This document shows, one piece after another, positions 12,501 to 34,500 of a stretch of 64,000 nt of DNA. How positions within the stretch are numbered: the stretch's first letter is position 1; each line of letters starts with the position of its first letter. The notes beneath the pieces are model-generated. The model was not told the origin of the DNA. It was given only the letters and a program-made list of their open reading frames with translations, and did not search any database. The stretch is from Ascidiella aspersa (lineage: Eukaryota): positions 5,456,001 to 5,520,000 of the forward strand of contig OZ004615.1 of the NCBI GenBank assembly GCA_963924565.1. Direction: 5' to 3'. The translations under genes were made by a program, and so were the position numbers.

Positions 12501-15500
12501 TTTACTCTGGTTTTTAAACTTTGAGTTTTATTGTTGATATACGCGTCAGCGGAACAGTGACCGACAAGCAGAAACCTGCTGCCAATGGTTTTAAATTCCA
12601 TAAAGATACGCCCTTCTATATTCTTCAATAAATTTACGTTTTAACATGAATACTTTGGCTTTAGATTGCAAATTATGGCCTAAATTCCTATACTAATTGT
12701 CATTGGATTGGCACCGATCCAGCCCTATACTGTCAGACGAGTATCAGGTATCAACTCCGATCTAACATTATGAAACATGCGTGATTACCAACACAGCATC
12801 GGATGAGTACCTATTCTCTACCAGTTCGACATGCTTCGCGTATTGCAGGGGTTCTTAAACTGGGGTCCACGTGCCCCTTGTAGGTTCGGGAACTAGTTTT
12901 CGGGGGTCAATGAAGGCCTAATTGAAATATTAGTCGATTTCAAAAAAAAAATAGTTCAATTAAAATTGAAACGTTTTACCACTGAACGTATTTAGACTCT
13001 ATTTGACTTTTACATTTTTTGACCAAAATCAGCATATTTCTAGAGTCTATTTGTATTGTGACGTCAATTTATGACTTCATTTTTGAAATTTTAAAATTTT
13101 TAGGGGTCCGCGGTAAAAAAAGTTTTAAGAATCTCTGGCGGCTTGGATCCGATATTATCGCATATATCCAACACTGACTCACGTTTCTAATGCTTGCCAT
13201 TTCAGAAGCAAGAGAAACCTTACCTCTGCCACAAGTTCAAGCACCCAGCTCACCACATTAAGTTCTGCCCGTATGAAGATGTGTTGGGAGTGGGAAAGAC
13301 AGACGGCTTCGCAAGTCTCCTGGTTCCAGGTAAAACAAGTTATATACGAGCCTGTTTACGATTTGATGCTGTACGAAGATGTGAAAGCTGTAAAAAGGAA
13401 CACACAATAGGACCTATTAACAAACAATATCCGAAGCGGAATTGTATATAATACTATAGTATGGCGTCAATGGCATAAAAAATTAAATACGCTTTAATTA
13501 TCTACGAAGGGAAAAGAACTAAATTCGCCTGAACAACACTTAAACCTGTCAAACCAAGTCCTAAACCCATCGGCATAACGTCTAAATGGCTTAAATAATG
13601 TGTAAAACAGTGTGGAGAACGTATCGCCGTTCGGGCATTTTAGGTACCTCGTAGTTTAAACGGCGCCGTTTGGGCGCCGCTGTTTTGGCACCCGACCTTT
13701 TGCCCTTTTTGTGGGGTTTAGGAATGGGGTTATAAATTGGGTTAGGTTTGGTGGAGTTAGTGATAAAGTTAGGGCGTGGAGTTTAGGGTTGCGTAAAATG
13801 ATGTTTAAATCTTATTTTGGCTGTTCCCACGATGAATTGACTTTTTAAAATCGGGATTAACAGACAGGGGATGAATATTTTTTCACTAGTGCTTTTTCTA
13901 CGCTTAAAAACAACTTACAGTTAAATAGTTATTATTCCAGATTGGCGTCGTGATGTGCAGTTTGTTAACCTCTGGATTTTGATAAAAAACTTGCACTTTT
14001 CCTCCTCATCCTCCAAACATCTTCCTCTTCTTCTTCAGGAGCTGGAGAGCCCAACTTCGACGCGTTTGAGGCCAATCCGTTCCGGAGCAAACAGCAGAGG
14101 AAGGAGTGGGAGGTTAAGGCCCTCCTGGAGAAGATCCAACCCGACATGATCTCCATCGATCCCTTCCAGATCTCCAAGCTCGACAAGGTCACCGCCGAAC
14201 GACTGGCCAAGGATAAGGAGGAGAGACTGGTGGGTTCTTGTTGTTGTTATTGTTGTTGTTTTGTTGCTAAAAATTGAATTGGAATAAACTGAAATTGAAT
14301 TTAACTACAAACTAAAAAAAAATTAAATTGCACGTTGAATTCAACTTAGGAGAGAATGGCGAGTTCTTGTTTTTGTTCTTGTTCTTGTTCTTGTTTTTAT
14401 TGTTGTTTTTTGGCTGAAAATTGAATTAAATTAAACTGAAAAAAATCTGAAATTGCAAGTTGAATTTAACTTAGGAGCGACTGTGAGTTGTTGTTTGTTG
14501 GTGAAAATTTAGATTGAAATAAGCAGAAACTGAATTGAATACATGTTGCTACCAGGCGAAATAATAACATTATTAAAAAACAGCAGCTCCTCTGCTAATT
14601 GTAATTGTTAGCAGTTAATAGCAGTAAGAAAAACGAATGAAGCGAACCTAATTCTTTCTGAACATTTTACACTGCTGCAGTTAAGGGCTGCCATGCTATA
14701 GTTTAATTACATGTCATCTTGTTCAACATAGCATAAAATCAATGCTAAGACAATTGTTCACGTTATTGAGCATCACCAGTTCGGTCTGTGCACGAATTGC
14801 CCATTGTGAAACTATCGATTTAGATTTCCTTTTTTATTATTGTTTAGTGAGGTCGTATATTGAACCAAATGGTGCCCAAGAAGCACACGTTTATAGTTTA
14901 CTGGATTTCCAGTAAACCCTATTGTTTAATACCTTTTCTACACTCATCAAGGATTTATTTTATATAGTTCAAAATAGTTTTTTTCTGCTCTAAACAAATA
15001 ATAATGGCTTCGTAATGTATGTTTAATTACTCGTACGTGCGACTTGCCAATTTCGCTTTAATTTTCTTAAAATACTTTTTTATCACAGTAATGATGATAC
15101 CAAGCAAATTCAGTAAATACTTGTTAAAGGGTCTTCATTTGCGCTACGAAGGAAAATATCATATTAAAGCGAGTCGTTTTCGATTTTAAAGCTATACCGT
15201 CGTTTCCTAAACCACAATTTTCCTAAAACCCCAGTAAACGAACTGGAGCTTTCGCCTTAAGTCACACACTCACATATTTCCTCACCCACGAAAACGTTTC
15301 CTCTCGACAGGGCTACAAGCCCGAGGGTTGCAAGTTCGAACCCCGCTACAAGATGAAGGGCCGCAGCAAGACCGGCCAGGTGCAGAAGCGCAAGCAGAAG
15401 ATGAAGGACCTCGCTCTTCGTGATCGCATCAAGGAAGACCTGGAGAAGAAGAGGTCTCTCCTCCTCTCCGAGAGCAAACCGGCTCCTCCCTCCTCCGAGG

Positions 15501-15598
15501 AGCAGACTCCCGTGACGTCATCGTCGGAAAAGGTGCTGACGTCATTTTCCTCGGAAAAGCGAACTGCCTTGGATAGATTCAAGCCAAAGAAGGGATGA
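518..15598 (+). CDS. WDR46: WD repeat-containing protein 46 (UTP7/BING4), 3' part, 4 exons; 5' exons lie upstream of the window
   Basis: Exons 518-695 ([22 protein letters not shown]...FSQRGLLAA), 13206-13329 (KPYLCH...[11 protein letters not shown]...SLLVPG), 14039-14229 ([46 protein letters not shown]4CT motif) and 15311-15598 (KMKGRSK...ALDRF...stop). All junctions are GT-AG with compatible phases. Confidence 0.95.
2845..3190. repeat. Diverged tandem duplication, unit about 157 bp
   Basis: AGTCTCGC...CTGAAAC...GTCTTGAA...TCTCGC.AGTGAAAAT...TAAGGTAT.AAACACGTTT occurs twice, plus a partial third copy. Confidence 0.7.
4939..5131 (+). mobile_element. Short foldback element carrying a hammerhead motif (Penelope-like or retrozyme-like), family A copy 1
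   Basis: About 70-bp near-perfect inverted arms (4962-5031 / 5063-5133); flanking direct repeat AATTCTAGGTTACA (4925-4938 / 5132-5145); second copy at 53015-53183. Confidence 0.75.
5042..5079 (+). ncRNA. Minimal type-I hammerhead ribozyme motif
   Basis: tca-CTGATGA-t-GGCA-ttagaaat-TGCC-GAAA-CGTT-tga. Confidence 0.7.
5814..6092. mobile_element. hAT-type MITE (GACTT-rich family)
   Basis: Ends CAGCGTTGTAA...TTAAAACACTG with perfect 8-bp TSD GTATTTAG. Related fragments at about 19045-19230, 22788-23140, 35421-35830, 54690-54780 and 59125-59243. Confidence 0.75.
9803..10937. repeat. Degenerate minisatellite, unit about 20 bp (TTACTGCAATACGATCTTGC), split by the tRNA-derived element
   Basis: Arrays at about 9803-9970 and 10395-10937. 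Confidence 0.85.
10253..10323 (+). mobile_element. tRNA-derived repeat (SINE-like or tRNA pseudogene) inside a larger element at about 10070-10395
   Basis: GCCTGTG-TAGCTCAGTTGGTAGAGC (A box)...GTTCGAGCC (B box)...TGCAGGC. T arm partly deleted; anticodon loop non-canonical. Confidence 0.7.
12121..12630 (-). mobile_element. Foldback element family C, copy 1, with degenerate hammerhead at about 12225-12259 (minus strand)
   Basis: Inverted arms 12123-12180 / 12482-12535. Minus strand reads aggaa-CTGGCGA-t-GCC-ggcata-GGC-GAAA-TATATA. Homologous to 62381-62620. Confidence 0.65.
12846..13137. mobile_element. hAT-type MITE, CAGGGGTTCTTAA family
   Basis: TIRs CAGGGGTTCTTAA...TTAAGAATCTCTG; homologous to the copies at 20371, 45618 and 53593. 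Confidence 0.75.
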
Positions 15599-15883
15599 CC
15601 TGTTAAAATCCTTGATGTCGTACTTACAATGTGGAAGTGTTGCGCAATACTTGCCTGATGTTGCGCAAGCGCGCGTGCTTTGACGATTTGTAAGCCTTTT
15701 GTTTCCAAAGAGTAGTAGGAAGTGCTATTTTAAATGTCAAAAATTTTCAATGCCGGCGTTCTCGCGTTTACCAACGGTCTTAAGTTCGAATCTCTACCGA
15801 GAACCACATTTAGAAGTTTTTTTCTGCATACGTATTCTTTTTTTTTACAATCTTTTGTGAATTTTTGAATTTTCTTACTGTTT

Positions 15884-15889
15884 AATAAA
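15884..15889 (+). promoter_or_regulatory. Putative polyadenylation signal of WDR46
   Basis: AATAAA about 290 nt after the stop codon, followed by T-rich sequence. Confidence 0.6.
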
Positions 15890-16650
15890 AACTATTTTGC
15901 AACCATATACAATACGCTCAATTTTTCACGTACGTTTTTTTGCTGATTAGAAAAAAAAAACGATTTAAGTTAGTCCTCTGCCGACATCGCTATAAAATGA
16001 CTCTTAAAAGATAATGGAGTTTCAGGGGAGACTTTTCTCCCCTGATAATAATGTGGCACACCGTTTGTGTTTTTTGTTTACTTCTCGTGTAAATTGTTTT
16101 TTTTTATTTAGTTTGGAAAACCTATCGGGTGTTTTAAAAATAAAATACTTTCTAAACTTAACCAATGCCTAGTAAAGCGTATAGTTAATGTTCGTGCATG
16201 CTTTCAATCGTTGGGTTTAAGAATATTATGTCTTTGTATTTTATTTAATTCTCATTTAAAGCCCTTTTGATCTCCAGGTATACTTGTTTGAAAAGCTGGC
16301 ATCCATTTAACGCACCTTACCTTTCACCGCATTGTCTTAAGCATTTAAAGCTATTATCGAACGCGTGTTACCGTTGTCTCTTTTTTCTTCTCGTAGAACA
16401 ACTTTTCCAGACGTTTAGGGTAAAACTGAGCTTGACTGTCGCGAAATCTCATCGCGAAGGAGACAAGCAACAACAGCAAACAGTAACAGCGACAGAAATA
16501 TAAAAGGTAACAGCAATACCTACAGCTGAAACAGCACAAAACAACAACTACAGAAACAGCAAAAATACGAGCAAGAGCCCCAACAATATTACGAACAACA
16601 AACTACAGCGAAATCAGCAACAAAATAACAACAACAACAAAAAAAGCAGG

Positions 16651-25937
<9,287 letters not shown>

Positions 25938-28522
25938 AAAAAAATCATCAAATGAAAAAATGAAAATAGCCGCGTATCTGTATTTGTTTCATCTGTAATC
26001 GTGTTGTCCCTGGTGTATGCTTTGAGGAAAATGCTTCAGCTGTGGAATATAATTTCCCGGCTGTCTTAAAAAAGTCCTGAAGAAAACCTTCGCAGGGTTG
26101 CCACAAAGTCTTCTAATCTTTGTTTTTGATGTCCTTTAATTAATTTGCATTACAAAACGTCCTCGAAACCCATTTTTTATTTAAAGTTAAGGTTAAGTTG
26201 TGTTTAAAAATTGTCGCAGTTAAAGACATTCTAACTGTTTGTTTGTTAACCTTGACATTCAGTCTGTTTTGTTGGACCTATATTTCAAACATGTCGCGTG
26301 ATGTAATTTTATTTCTTTAAACACGTATAAATTAACTTTGAAAAGTTTTATGGTTTAGATTTTTTAGTGTGGCAACCCTGCTTCATTCTTATCGAATATT
26401 ACGCACTCACAGCAGAGTTTTATCGTGTTCCATTCATTGTTCTTTTCGGTACTAATAAACCGTCGCCAACCACTATTACTGATCTGGTTTCTTTTAAGGC
26501 AATGATATAGGTTTTGGATGGAACCCAATTTCGACATTAAGTCGTATATTTGGTTGTAATTCAATACTAGTGTGATAACGGTTAACCGCTGCTTTTTAAA
26601 CTTCGGAAAAAGTAGGATAGTGTTTCAAGTTTCAACTGTTTTTTAACAACACAATATTAGATTGTCGCTTGGTAATAAAGTGCAATGCCAAAAAGGTCGA
26701 GTAAATCGACATTATCTTGATTAGGATGTTTCGATATGAACTCCATCTTTATTATCAAGCCTTACATTACAGATCCATGCATAGTGTGCCCTCATATTGT
26801 GTTACCTTCCCAATAATATAAGGTAAAACCGACGTACCAAAAAAACGACAAAAACAAGTATTGCGCAAAAATATTTCTCTTCACACTAGTGGAACGTGTA
26901 CCATACTCTGCGAACCTTTTGTGAATCATAATATGCTGGGGCGTCTTGAATATGTAAGATCATTTAATGTCGCCTTGTTATTAAGGTGACAAGCTTTTCC
27001 ACTCGGTATGATTCTTGATCACTATGCTCGCCGTGAGAGATCCCAGTCCTTGGCCTATTAGCCCATTTCTGTTCGTTCAAATTCTTTGCGTTGTGGTCAA
27101 TCGTTTGTTTGGCCTTGAAACTTAGATTATCACGTCTGACGCCCGGCAATTTAAATACACTAGTAGTTCAAGACTAGTAATATTTAACCATTGGTTGTTT
27201 CTCGTAAACACACATGATTCACTAATCCATATCAATTTCTTAAAGGGCTTTTGTAAGCAATAACTAATTGAATTTTACTAGAGATTAATCTACTTTGTTT
27301 AATCAAACCATTTGCTTATGGTCTCGAACTTAAACCAATCGCAATACTATAACTATACTTATCTAGTTGTCCAAGTCTGTACTATATTTCCAGCGCTATG
27401 TCAATACATTAGTAAAGTACAATAACAAATGAAATAAAACAACAGGTTTCAATCAAAAATAAAGCGTGTTTTGTTTAGAAATACTGAAGGCAGAAAAATA
27501 TTTTTAAACGCTTCTTGTCTTTTGCAAGTTCTTGAGTAGGCTAATTAAAAAAACGGTTATTTTTAGCTTGCCAATTTAAGATTGAAGATAAAACCTTTCA
27601 TTGGAGCCCTTTATTGAAGAAACTTACAAGAAAAAATTAAATTTAAAAAAATGTTTTTATTTTGGTTTTAGTGCGTTTTTTTTTTGGAATTAAAAAACGC
27701 AGAAAATTATGTTAAAAAATGTTTCTTTACATGTCCAATCGTTAAACCGTCATATATATGTTGCAAGCAATCTTAACTAATGTACCAGCACAATAAAAAA
27801 GCAGCAGTAATCGCCCGGTTTAGGGCCGTTTATTGCACTGCACCGCACTCGATGCATGCGTCAGTCGTAAAAAAATGCTAAAACAATGAACAACCCTCGC
27901 AGTTTGGCACCTCGCCGTACCAAGCTTTGTGCATAACTGGAAAAGCGGGACTTTGTTTGTTTCCGATTGTCCATCAACATGCCGCGTATGTTTGCCTTTT
28001 AATGCACAAACATAGCTTTACTGCAGGATGCCTTGCACTGACATGTTCTGACGAGCTCGCCTAATCATTAACGCGAATTCCGCTGAAAAATAATAACCCA
28101 CATCGCGGCATATTTATTGCTAATTGTCCACAAAGCCGTAGGAATTAAGTGCGGAGGGTTCGCTTTGCCAAAAAAAGTTGCTTTAAATTTAAGTTAGACA
28201 AAAACCGGAATAAATTGTAAATTCTCTTCGCGGATTTAGTGCTTCTGTTGATGAGAGCTAAAGTAATAAAAATAAGAAGTTTTCGTAAATTGTTTTTATA
28301 TCAATAAAAAATTTAAAAATGTAGGCCTAGCCAAGATGTCCTACCCTGCGCGGGTAATATTAAGAAGTGGCGAAAATTAATTGAAATAAATCGTAAAAAA
28401 ATTACTTTTTTTCGTTTGTCTGTTTGTTACTTTAATGCATTTCTTTTTTTTTTACTATTACGTATTTGTTGTGTTTTTATTTCGCAGAAGTTGAGCCATA
28501 ATTTACAGTTTGAGGTCCGGTC

Positions 28523-31500
28523 ATGGATATCAAACTCATATTTTGTCTTATTGTCTGCGTCACAGTTGCAAACGTGGGTAAGTAAAAATGCAGATTTTGT
28601 TTGGTTCAGTAAAAATTTTAATTATAAAAGAAAAGTCCAGTGAATTGTTTAAAAATCCACGGTTTGAATAACTGACAAAATCTATGTGAAAACAAGAAAT
28701 AGCTAATTTTAAACTTGGTTAACGTGTATATTATTTTGCGCTGTAAAAAACATTGTATCATTATTATGAAAGAAAGATTGAGTAATCATTTTTTTTTCTA
28801 GTTTTGACAGATTAACCATTCAACAGTGGCATCTCATTTGCTTTTGATAAAAAGACAACAACTGATAAGAAACAAATGTTTCTCGTGTATCGCTTAAAAA
28901 TATACTTCCTGGTCTGTAAGCTTCACTTACCAAGTCACCGGTTGGATTTTGCCGCGACATTTCACAAGGGCTGAAAGTAGAATAATTTGTTTAACGGAAC
29001 AATGAAAATATAGCTTCCTAAAACCCATGTAAATTTTCAGAGATTACGTTATGTTATAACGGGAAGTTTTAAGTAACGTTAAAAAAATAACATTAGGAAA
29101 AATGGGGTAATCGTTCGATTTCGTGCACAAAAATGCAACTGAAATATTAGTTTATATAATTTTAATAAGACGGCTGGCTGGCAAATGCACAAGGGAAAAG
29201 TCTGACTGAACGAAAGAACACTTTCACCGCTACGGTGTACCGACAAACATTATTCTACCGGAATACCCCCCAGCTTACTTTTGCCATAAAAAAGTGAACA
29301 AAATTAAGTAAAAATAAAAGAAAAACTTTCGCCACTGTCTTAAACCAACTGTGTGAGTGTTACTTTGTAGCGTCACTATAACCTAAGGCAGGGATGGAAC
29401 CTTTTCATCGCGCGGGCCACAAACACGAGTTAATCCTTAACAAGATGCACAAGTGGGTCATATAATAATTAATTATTTTGCTAATTTTATGCGAAACTCT
29501 AAAGTGTTATTACCTTGGTTGGTAATACAAGGTTTTTGGATGATTTCCAAATTCAGCTTCCCACAAAAATTAAGAAGCTAAATAGTTAACAAGTGCTGCA
29601 GCATTTTTTATAGGCTTAAAGGAGTTCAGTAGAAAGCATTTCGGCATGGTTTATTGGTTTAACCAGGGTTTTTAAAACTTTTTGTCTGCGAATTCTTAAT
29701 TTTCCTTAAAGGATCGCCACCCTTTACGTTTTACAGCGATAAACAAAATGCTTTTAGTTGTCTGTTTTTTTGCACGCATTTATTGAAGTGCAGTTAATGT
29801 AAGCCTATACTCGTCACCCTAAAACACTTTTTGCACGACCCGCAGATTTGCCAGCCCTAACAATATAGTGCTATCTAACGAAGAACTGATTTTTACATTA
29901 ATCCTTTCATGAAAATGATTGATAACATTTCGGTATTTCTAGAGAGACAAGTGGGTCATTAAAAATCTGTGTGTGTCGCGAGACAGTGGTTCGCCATCCC
30001 TGAACTAAGGGCATTGTTCGATTTAGTGCACACTTATACAACTGAAAAATTAGTTTAATTAGTTTTATTGAGATGGCTGGATAGCCTGGCGACGAATGGA
30101 CTAGCCTGTTTAAACAAAGTCCATAATTTTGTCACAAAAAAAAAATAAATAAATAAATAAAAAATCAGGAAAAAAATAAATCAAACAAAAAATCAACTTT
30201 TTCCACTGTCTTAAGCCAACTGTGTGGATGTTGCTTTGTAGCGTCGGCCCAGGACTGTCCGTCGGGTTGGAAAACCTTCAACAACAAGTGCTGGTACTTT
30301 TCCGGCTTGCAGAACCCGCTCAGCTGGTCGGGCGCCGAGTCTTGGTGTCAGTTGAATGGCGGTCACCTGGTCAGCTTCGTCGACGTGGCCGAGAGGGTCG
30401 GTTCTTTTTCAATCTTGCGCTATTTTCGATGTTCAGTTTATTCGATTTTGTCTCTTTTTGGATTTTGGTTTTAGCGCTTGCTAATAGTTGGCGAGTAGCG
30501 CGGATATTTACTTTGGGAGACTACAAAAATTGTGCTCCCCCCTTAAGCAATGTGTTCACTGTTGAAGTGCTTTCCAATTTGACATTCCAATTTTTTAGAA
30601 TCTGATTTCTCGAAAATTTGGAGGAGGGTGGGGCGCTTTTGAACCGAAGTTTTATTGCAATTATTATTTTTAACCCTTTGAAACGAAATACATCAAACAA
30701 TTTGTGTTCCATGAATGTAAAGATTGCGGGGGCTTTAATCAAATTGAACTTATTGTAGGTTCATAATAAATTGTAGCAGACCTTTTTCGTCAATGGCCTT
30801 TAAACTACCGAATGTTTGCTATTCACCATGTTAAGTGTGTTTTAATTGTTGCTTATCGTCACGCTCATAACTAAATTGCCCAAGTCATTTTTTACACATT
30901 TTCAAAGTTTTTGCTTCAGTCACTCCTTGTTACCATCCCCATCCATAGAAAAAGTGCTCAGGTCGTTTGTAGGTCATTTTCCATGCGCTTGTGCAAAAAA
31001 AATGACTTTTCTATGGATCGAGATGGTAACAAGGGATGACTTAGGCAAACACTCTGAAAATCATAAAAAAATGACTTAGGCAATTTAGGAGATCTCTGCC
31101 CGGCGCCGGGTTCGCGATTTCTGGCTTTTGTTGCAGTCTCCTTAATGTCTTTTTCTTCCAGGATTGGGCGGTTGACCAGAACATGAAGTTGTCGACCCAG
31201 TCTCGCTGGTGGATCGGGCTCACCGACTCGCAGAGTGAAGGCAATTTTAAGTGGTCCGACGGAACGCCATACGACCCAACAGTTGCGTAAGTTTCTAACC
31301 TTACTCAAGTTTTGGAATTTTAAGTGAGCTTCGTTCAAAGTGTTGCGTGGTTTAGAGCTTTAGGTAAGTTTCGATAGACGCGTAAGTTTTAGAGTTGCGT
31401 GTAGTTTTAGAGCGTTCTGTAGTTGAACTGTCGCGACAGTCACAAACCTTACGTAAGATACGAACTTCACGTAAGTTTAAATGCTTGCATTAGGCACGAA

Positions 31501-34500
31501 CGTTATGTAAGTTCAGCTGTTTGCGTAAGTTACGAACGTTATGTAAGTTCAAATGTTTGCGTAAATCACGAGCGTTACGTAAGTTTGTCGATAATCAATA
31601 CAATTTGTCTTTATATATGTTATATGGCGCCATATCCGACAAACGAAACTGGAACAACACAATCAACTCCATACATGTCGGAAAATTTATTTTGATCTAT
31701 GGTACTCTCATCGTAAACATAGTGTTTGTATCAAAATGCTTACAAATAACAGCCAAGCATCAAATTCTTCAAGATTCACAAATATTTCACGTCCCCCTTG
31801 AGCTTTAGAAATGGCATCCAGGATGCCGCGACACCCCGGTTAAGAACCACTAAATTAGATAAATAAGGCCATCTGCAAAGCTTGTGCTTTCCAGCAACTG
31901 GAAGCCGCTTGAACCGAACAACGCCTACCTTGAGAACTGCGTCGAGATCTGGATTGACAACTTGCCTCCCGTCATCAATGACAAGCAGTGGAACGACAAT
32001 GCGTGTGACGTCTCGCAAGGATTCGCCTGCAAAAGAGAGCCTGGTAAGTTGACCGACTCTTGGTCAACTTCCTATAACAGACCTGGGCAAACTACGGAGG
32101 GCGAAGCAATTTAATTCGGCACGCGACTTACTTTTTATAAACGTTCCTTAAAGGAAGTGTGCCTTTACGTTTTTTTTCGTAATTTTTAAATATTTCATTG
32201 AATGAATTATACATGCAAGGTATCCTCACTTTTTCCTATACTATTACTATTGTAAAAAACTAGAATATTTATAACTAACTTTACAAAGTAATCACACCTT
32301 ATATTATGTGTAAAAATATATTATGTGAATTCGGTCCGCCAATATATTTTTCGTCTCAGCCAAACGTCTAAATTAAGGCAAAATTAGTTTTATTATCCCT
32401 GACTAAAGTTTTGTTCAGTAAGATTTTATTATGGGTTGCCTCACAAAAAATCCTAAATTTAATTAAAATTAAAGGTTTTTTTATTTTGGTGTCTCTCTAT
32501 AAAAACTTCTAAATGCCCGTGGCTACCCCTCAAAAAGTATTTGTTTAAATAAGAAATTTTTTCGTAGACTAAACCCTGTTTTGCACATGTGGGCCTAAAT
32601 TTTAGTTTAAGTTCGTTTGGAAGAATTGGTAAAAATTCATCGGGCAACAGCAAAACTTATTTAATCAAGTCAAACGCCTGCTTTGTTTGTGTGGGCACTC
32701 GGTTGCCGAACGTTGGGTAGAAATACATTTTCTGTTGGTCGACAGGAGTTTTTGAAACGTGTCCGGACGGCTACCAGGAAAACAACGGAAGGTGCTACGG
32801 CGCCTACACGTCGTCGCTATCCTGGATTGAAGCGCAGCAACAGTGCAAGTAAGTGGCTGGGTAATCGGGCCGTTTGTAGTTCTAACAATCTCTCAAACTT
32901 ATTTTTAAAGTTTTATTTAACATATAAACATTTCAACAACACCAAAATGAACCAAATCTTGGGTGGCAGGGGCGGATGAGGGGGGGGGGGGGGGGGGGGG
33001 AGCAGATTTGGTTTACATTTCTAGTCTGTCTTAATTACTTTGCTTTAACCCGCAGCCGTTGCGCGCCTAATCGCACCATCATGAATGCCAATTCGCTAAC
33101 TATAGAAAGACGTTTGCTCCCTTTGAGCGAATCGATCACTTCTTTATACTGTAATGTATATTTTGTATTGAAGTAACACCTCTCAGCGAACGGTGTCGTG
33201 TTCTTAAGATTCATTTTTTATGATGTCACGTTTAGATCTAAGTCTTTTACGTCACGTTCTGGAGTGATTTTGTGACGTTGCGTTATGACGTAACTCGTGT
33301 CGACCAATCTAATTTTTTCATGCTCGTCAAAAACAAAAATCCTAGTTCCTCAGTTTCGATAAGTAAATGTGTGAACTATTGCAAAACGCAATCCAAACTG
33401 AGTTTATTTTGCAACAAAAAAATATTACCAAGCTACATGGCCGCCCATATAACTCAAAATGATTGCCTATCTCACCTTACACAGGAATAGATAATTATTT
33501 AACATATTTCTGTTTTGGGGTTTTTGATTTACTTTTGGTTATACCGATTTTTTAACATTTTGTGTTCCGCATAACATTGAACGATTAGTCTTAATGCTCT
33601 TTCTTCTCAAGTAATATTCTTATCTAGTAACAAAAGTGTGGTATAATATTTTTTTCGGTGTTTCTTTTATTCAGTACTGAATACTAAACTTATACAACAT
33701 GAATAGTCTACTAATTTTAATTCGTTTTATGTTTTTATTTAAGGATTCGATTCTCGCAATTAGTTTTGTATATTAGCATATGCTATCATTGCAAACACTA
33801 TAAGCTTCGACCTTGTCAAGCCTATTTTTGACCTTGGCAGAAACCACGGAGGCAACCTCGTGTCGATCGGGAGCGACACCGAGCGGCAGTTCGTGCAGAA
33901 TCTCGTCAGTCCGTGGAACACAAATACATGGATCGGCTATTCGGACACGGTAGGCTGTTGCGCACGTGAACTTAAGTCTGTTTTGAAAGCCTAGTTTATG
34001 TTTGCGTGTTTGTGTTGTTGGTTTTTAAGACTAACGTCAAGTAAGGAATGAAAAATTGTGCTAGATCGCATCATCCCCTATAGCAGTAGTTTTAAAAGGT
34101 TTAATTTATTGAGATCGATTGTGAACACTATTGCTCCAACACTTGAGAAACTTGCAGAAGCACTAAGAAAACGTGGCTCATATTTCTTCGCTTACAAAAC
34201 ATAATTTTTTTGTTCGTTTACAAAACATTCATCAAAGGGAAATGGGTCACAAAAGTCTCGCTGTTATACTTACGTTTGATTTTTGTGTCGTGGTGAAACA
34301 AAGTTAAGAAACACTGCCTTACCGTTAAATCGTAGGAATTGATTGGGAAACCCAACTTTGGTATTTTTGGTATTTTCCTCATTGTTTTGGCACCGGGATA
34401 TTTGTCCTCTTGTTTGCGGTTATGAGTATAGAGGCTGGGATTTGGGTTAGGGTTGAAATTATTGATGAAGTAAAGAACAAAATTAAAAATTAGGGGATTT

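Noticed and set aside
13735-13795. Interstitial telomeric repeats
   Set aside because: Degenerate GGTTAG-like tracts recur inside dispersed repeats (about 20310, 34440, 37530); not true TTAGGG arrays.
26077-26105. CTGAAGA-a-AACC...GGGTT hammerhead-like motif in the DHPS 3' region
   Set aside because: Followed by GCCA rather than GAAA, so the core is incomplete.
32980-33000. Run of 21 G as a functional G-quadruplex
   Set aside because: Follows a CAGGGGCGGAT MITE-like end also seen near 39646; homopolymer length is unreliable.
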